36,059 nt of DNA, from NCBI RefSeq assembly GCF_001194135.2, contig NC_068990.1, forward strand, positions 73,074,232-73,110,290, written 5' to 3'. The number at the start of each line of letters is the position of its first letter. Positions within the stretch are counted from its first letter, which is position 1. Of this stretch, positions 31,861 through 36,059 are shown piece by piece. The notes under the pieces are model-generated. The model was not told the DNA's origin. It was given only the letters and a program-made list of their open reading frames with translations, and did not search any database. Made by a program: the position numbers and the translations under genes. Source of the DNA: Octopus bimaculoides. Lineage: Eukaryota.

Positions 31861-32900
31861 TGATTGTCTTCTTTTCTTCATTATGAAGGGAGGGTGTAAT
31901 TTTCTGAGAGAGATTTGGCTGCTATTTCTAATTTCTTTCAGGTTAAGTGAGAACATATGAAGTTGCTTACGATGACGAAGGTTCAACAGAGAAATTTTCT
32001 CATTAACATTTCATAGCTGTGGTTTTATTTTATACGATAGTCACATGTGTTTACTACATGTGGATATTGTTGTCACCAAAGATATACATCAGTTTGTGTT
32101 TCGTTACTTTTTTGTTGCTTTTTAACTTGAAGAAAAGAAAAGAAAAGAAAAGAGAGATGAAAAAAGAAAAGTAAAGAAAGAAAGAATATGAATCAAAATA
32201 CTGCAAAAAGGAAAAATAACACAAAAAAAAACCCAACAAAAAACCCAAACTAGAATAAATTAATATGTATGGACTACACAGATAAAATGTGTGATCACAT
32301 ATAAGCGTATGAATCTATATGTATAAATGTGGTTTATTTTTAGGAATCTCTTTGAGAGGAATAATCTCAGTGAGATGAAAAGTAGATTAGAAAGAGTATA
32401 TTTAAAAATATAATGTTTGAAGTGAAATTTCTTTTTTTTTGGTTTGTTTGGTTAAATATTTTTTTAATGTTTTGTTTTTATTTTATTCTTCTTTATTTTT
32501 TTTTGTCTCTGTGTAACTATAATTGGAGAGTAAAAGATTGTTGAGTCATAAAACTGTCCAACTGTCAACTGAAGAATCGATGGTTCATATCGCTTCACCA
32601 TTATGACTGTTGTCTGTGTGTGTGTGTGCATGTGTGTGTGCGTGTGCATATAGCTTGAAACACTTGTTGCAGTTGTTTTACATCTCCAAGTCATTCCTGA
32701 TAAGATAGCATTGCACTTCTACGATCAAACACATTCCAGTTGTGACCATTCCACCCTTTTTTATATATAAAGTGGTGTTTCATATGTGGATGGGGTGAGC
32801 TGCAAGGCAGACAAATTTGCCATCTTTAATAAAATTATGATGTTTACCAACATTTAGACTTGTCCCAAACCATTAAAAAAAAGACAATAATTGTATGGAT

Positions 32901-33046
32901 GCAGGTGTGGCTGTGTAGTTAAGAAGCTTGCTTCCTATCCATATGGTCTCAGGTTTGGTCCCACAGTGTGAAAACTGGTACTATAGCCTCAGGCCAACCA
33001 ATTCTCTGTGAGTGGATTTTGTGGAAAGAAATTGAAAGAAGCCTGT

Positions 33047-33080
<34 letters not shown>
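32901..33080 (+). mobile_element. SINE family A, 5' half
   Basis: GCAGGTGTGGCTGTGTAG head; ends in (TA)n. Confidence 0.82.
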
Positions 33081-33083
<3 letters not shown>

Positions 33084-33560
33084 TTGCTTAAAAGAGTTCC
33101 AACACTGTCTGTTTTTTATGTTTTATTTATATTCCTGCAGAACTAATGTGGGGTATAGAATATGGAATATACAATATATAATATGATATACAATATACAA
33201 TATAAAATAAAATAAAATAAANNNNNNNNNNNNNNNNNNNNNNNNNNNNNNNNNNNNNNNNNNNNNNNNNNNNNNNNNNNNNNNNNNNNNNNNNNNNNNN
33301 NNNNNNNNNNNNNNNNNNNNNNNNNNNNNNNNNNNNNNNNNNNNNNNNNNNNNNNNNNNNNNNNNNNNNNNNNNNNNNNNNNNNNNNNNNNNNNNNNNNN
33401 NNNNNNNNNNNNNNNNNNNNNNNNNNNNNNNNNNNNNNNNNNNNNNNNNNNNNNNNNNNNNNNNNNNNNNNNNNNNNNNNNNNNNNNNNNNNNNNNNNNN
33501 NNNNNNNNNNNNNNNNNNNNNNNNNNNNNNNNNNNNNNNNNNNNNNNNNNNNNNNNNNNN

Positions 33561-33664
33561 TCTTACAGCTGTTTCCAGGATATTTATTATATTCCTTCAT
33601 TGGAGGCAGTGTGCACCGTCTCCGATGAAAGGATATAATAAATATCCTGGAAACAGCTGTAAGA
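33561..33664. repeat. Near-perfect long hairpin formed by an inverted dimer of a hammerhead-like unit
   Basis: 33561-33592 pairs perfectly with 33633-33664; pairing continues imperfectly to the GTG-TG-CAC apex; the left arm runs into the gap. Confidence 0.9.
33619..33664 (+). ncRNA. Hammerhead-like motif (U4C variant)
   Basis: TCT / CCGATGA / A / AGGATAT-AATAA-ATATCCT / G / GAA / ACAG-CTGT / A / AGA. Confidence 0.55.
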
Positions 33665-33869
33665 GCTTCTATTTATAAATGTTCTAAAATCTTCATGGCC
33701 TTGGTTTTTTTATCTCATTCTGAAAAAAAAAAAGATTTTATATACACACATGCTGATATATGACCTACGTTGGACTCCTTATTCGCATAATCACCGAACA
33801 TGGAGCTTAACTATGGTCTATCCATAGCACTTACTCAGCATTACCTGACATCATGTAACAGTTGTAAAT

Positions 33870-34040
33870 GAGCTTCATTTTCATGTAAGTGATGTTGTTT
33901 GTTTCTAGCCTTCAACGAAAAAACATATCTGACCATAAGAAGTGATAGGAAAGGTATCAAGCAGCAGAAAAGCTATCTCAATAAAATTCCACCTAACCCA
34001 TCCAAACGTGGAAAAATGGACGTTAAATGATGGTGATGCA
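33870..34040 (+). mobile_element. RTE-like 3' tail fragment (same tail as 31264-31860)
   Basis: GATAGGAAAGGTATC...CTAACCCATCC...GGAAAAATGGACGTTAAATGATGGTGATG. Confidence 0.55.
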
Positions 34041-34096
34041 AACACTATGTTGTTTTCTCATAAAGAAAGAGTCAGCTACAGAAAATTTAATTAATA

Positions 34097-34300
34097 AGGT
34101 GGCAAGCTGACTAAGTCATTAACATTCCAGGCAAAATGTTTGGCAGCATTTCATTCATCTTTACACTGAGTTCAAATTCCAAATTGTCTTTCATTCCTTT
34201 AGGGTTGCTAAAAAAATACCAGTTAAATGCTGGGATCGATGTAATCAACCTACCACTTCCCTTGAAATTGCTGGCCTTGTGCCAAAATTTGAAAGTAATA
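34097..34300 (+). mobile_element. SINE family B
   Basis: AAGGTGGCAAGCTG head, GAGTTCAAATTCC, GATGTAATCAAC, GGCCTTGTGCCAAAATTTGAAA tail. Confidence 0.85.
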
Positions 34301-34491
34301 TCTGTGTGGCGGACCTGTCAGTTTGAGAATGGCTTATATAAAAGCCTGTGTTGGTCAGTGTATCCTTTATTTTAAATGACAGGTTGTGATTTGAAGGTGA
34401 TTTGGTTGCTGCTATTTCTAGCAGGTTGAGCAACATCATAGAGCAGCCATGAGCAAACTATAACCTGTGGAACTTTCTGAATGGCATGCCT

Positions 34492-34874
34492 CCTTACTCT
34501 TTTACCTGTTTCAGTCATTTGACTGTGGCTATGCTGGAGCACTGCCTTTAGTTGAGCAAATTGACCCCAGGACTTATTCTTTGTAAGCCTAGTACTTATT
34601 CTATCAGTCTCGTATGCCGAACCGCTAAGTTACGGGGATGTAAACACACCAGCATCGGTTGTCAAGCAATGTTGGGGGGACAAACACAGACACACACATG
34701 CACATATATACAACGGGCTTCTTTCAGTTTCTGTTTACTAAATCCACTCACAAGGCTTTGGTTGGCCCGAGGCTATAGTAGAAGACACTTGCCCAAGGTG
34801 CCACACAATGGGACTGAACCCGGAACCATGTGGTTCGTAAGAAAGCTACTTACCACACAGCCACTCTTACGCCT
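34492..34874 (-). mobile_element. SINE family A, full length and comparatively young
   Basis: Complete reverse complement of family A, retaining many CpGs (GCCGAACCGC, ACGGGG, CCCGAGG, CCCGGAACC). Confidence 0.93.
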
Positions 34875-34976
34875 AATGAAAAAAATACTTTTATTTTTTT
34901 TTGTTTTTAGTAGTGTGGTTTGTTTATTGATGAGTTATGTCTCATGCAGCCCACTGCTGGAGAAATGTTTCTCAAG

Positions 34977-35585
34977 CAGGTGTGGCTGCATGGTAAGAAG
35001 TTTGGTTCCAAGCCACATGGTTCCAGGTTCAGTCATACTGAGTAACAAGTGTCTTCTACTATAGTCCTGGGTCAACAAGGGCTTGTGTGTGGATTTGATC
35101 GACAGAGACTGAAAGAAGCCCATTGTACACATGTATGTATATATATATATTTATATATATATATATATATATATCAATTTAAATACACATCCAAAAGTTC
35201 TACTAATAGTTACATGAATTTATGTGTGTCTGTGCTTGTGCAAGTGTGTCTGTGTGTGTGTGTGTACTTGTGTGTATATATGTGTGTTTGTGTGCATGTG
35301 TGTGTGTTTATATGTGTGTGTGTGTGTTGTGTAGCATGTGTATCTTTGTGGTTGTGTTTGTCCCCCCTCCCCCACTGCCAGCCAACCAGTGCCAGTTTGT
35401 TTACGGCCTCTGTAACTTAGTGTTTTGGCACAAGAGACCAATAGAATAAATATTAGCCTTTAGAAAATAAATACTGCGGGGAGGGGGGGTCAACTTGCTT
35501 CACTAAAACTCTTAATAGCAGTGCCCCAGCATGGCTGCAGTCCAATGACTGAGACAAGTAAAAGAAAAAAGACAAGAAATAAAAG
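34977..35585 (+). mobile_element. SINE family A, full length with expanded central microsatellite
   Basis: GCAGGTGTGGCTG head, (TA)/(TG) centre, CCCCAGCATGGCTGCAGTCCAATGACTGAGACAAGTAAAAG tail. Confidence 0.9.
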
Positions 35586-36059
35586 CTGCTTGTCTAAGTA
35601 GCTCCTTCTGCATTACAACTGACAGTTAACTTTCCTATCGCTCTCTCTGCTTTGCTGAAAATTAGCTACAAAAGAACATCAGGATGTAAAAATACAACAG
35701 AATAAGTTGTAGGCATGTTCAATCCAAAATTACATATCTTTTATAAATAGCTGAAATAAATATTCTGGAATCGATATTAAAACATTACTCAGAAATTTAT
35801 CGTAAATACACTTAAATAAATCACAAACATCCCATAATGCAACAGGTCTCATGTTATCAATGATCAACGATCATCATCATTATCATCTCCTTCTCTCTCT
35901 CTCTTCCTTTAACTGACTAAAAATGTCAAGCATGAAACTTATAAAGGCTAAGTCTGTATTTCTTAATGATTAAGAATGTTGATTTAATTGCTTTTATCAT
36001 AAATTCTTTTATGGCATCTTTGATGAGTAATGGTTAAGCATAACTGTGGCAGAGCAGGG

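Noticed and set aside
34552-35064. 170-aa ORF
   Set aside because: Read-through of the antisense strand of a SINE A copy into the next SINE head; not a gene

Overview
AT-rich, microsatellite- and repeat-dense eukaryotic DNA with eight assembly gaps. The SINE repertoire matches what I recall from Octopus; this is inference and was not searched. No intact protein-coding gene is supportable, and most ORF-track entries are translations of microsatellites or N-runs. The window holds about 30 tRNA-derived SINE copies of at least three families, decayed LINE fragments (Tx1/L1-like, RTE), two Tc1/mariner transposase remnants, TTAA-flanked piggyBac-type MITEs and a DINE-1/HINE-like element. The most notable signal is a set of five short hammerhead-ribozyme-like motifs (21134-21231, 25254-25288, 26164-26194, 26322-26380, 33619-33664). 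The four complete ones have the palindromic stem III typical of Penelope-like elements. Several sit in head-to-head inverted structures. One is a tRNA-headed inverted dimer inserted as a single unit with a 15-bp target-site duplication, within a palindrome-rich hotspot at 25.2-27.0 kb. A few small + strand exon candidates suggest the window may be intronic, but this is unproven.
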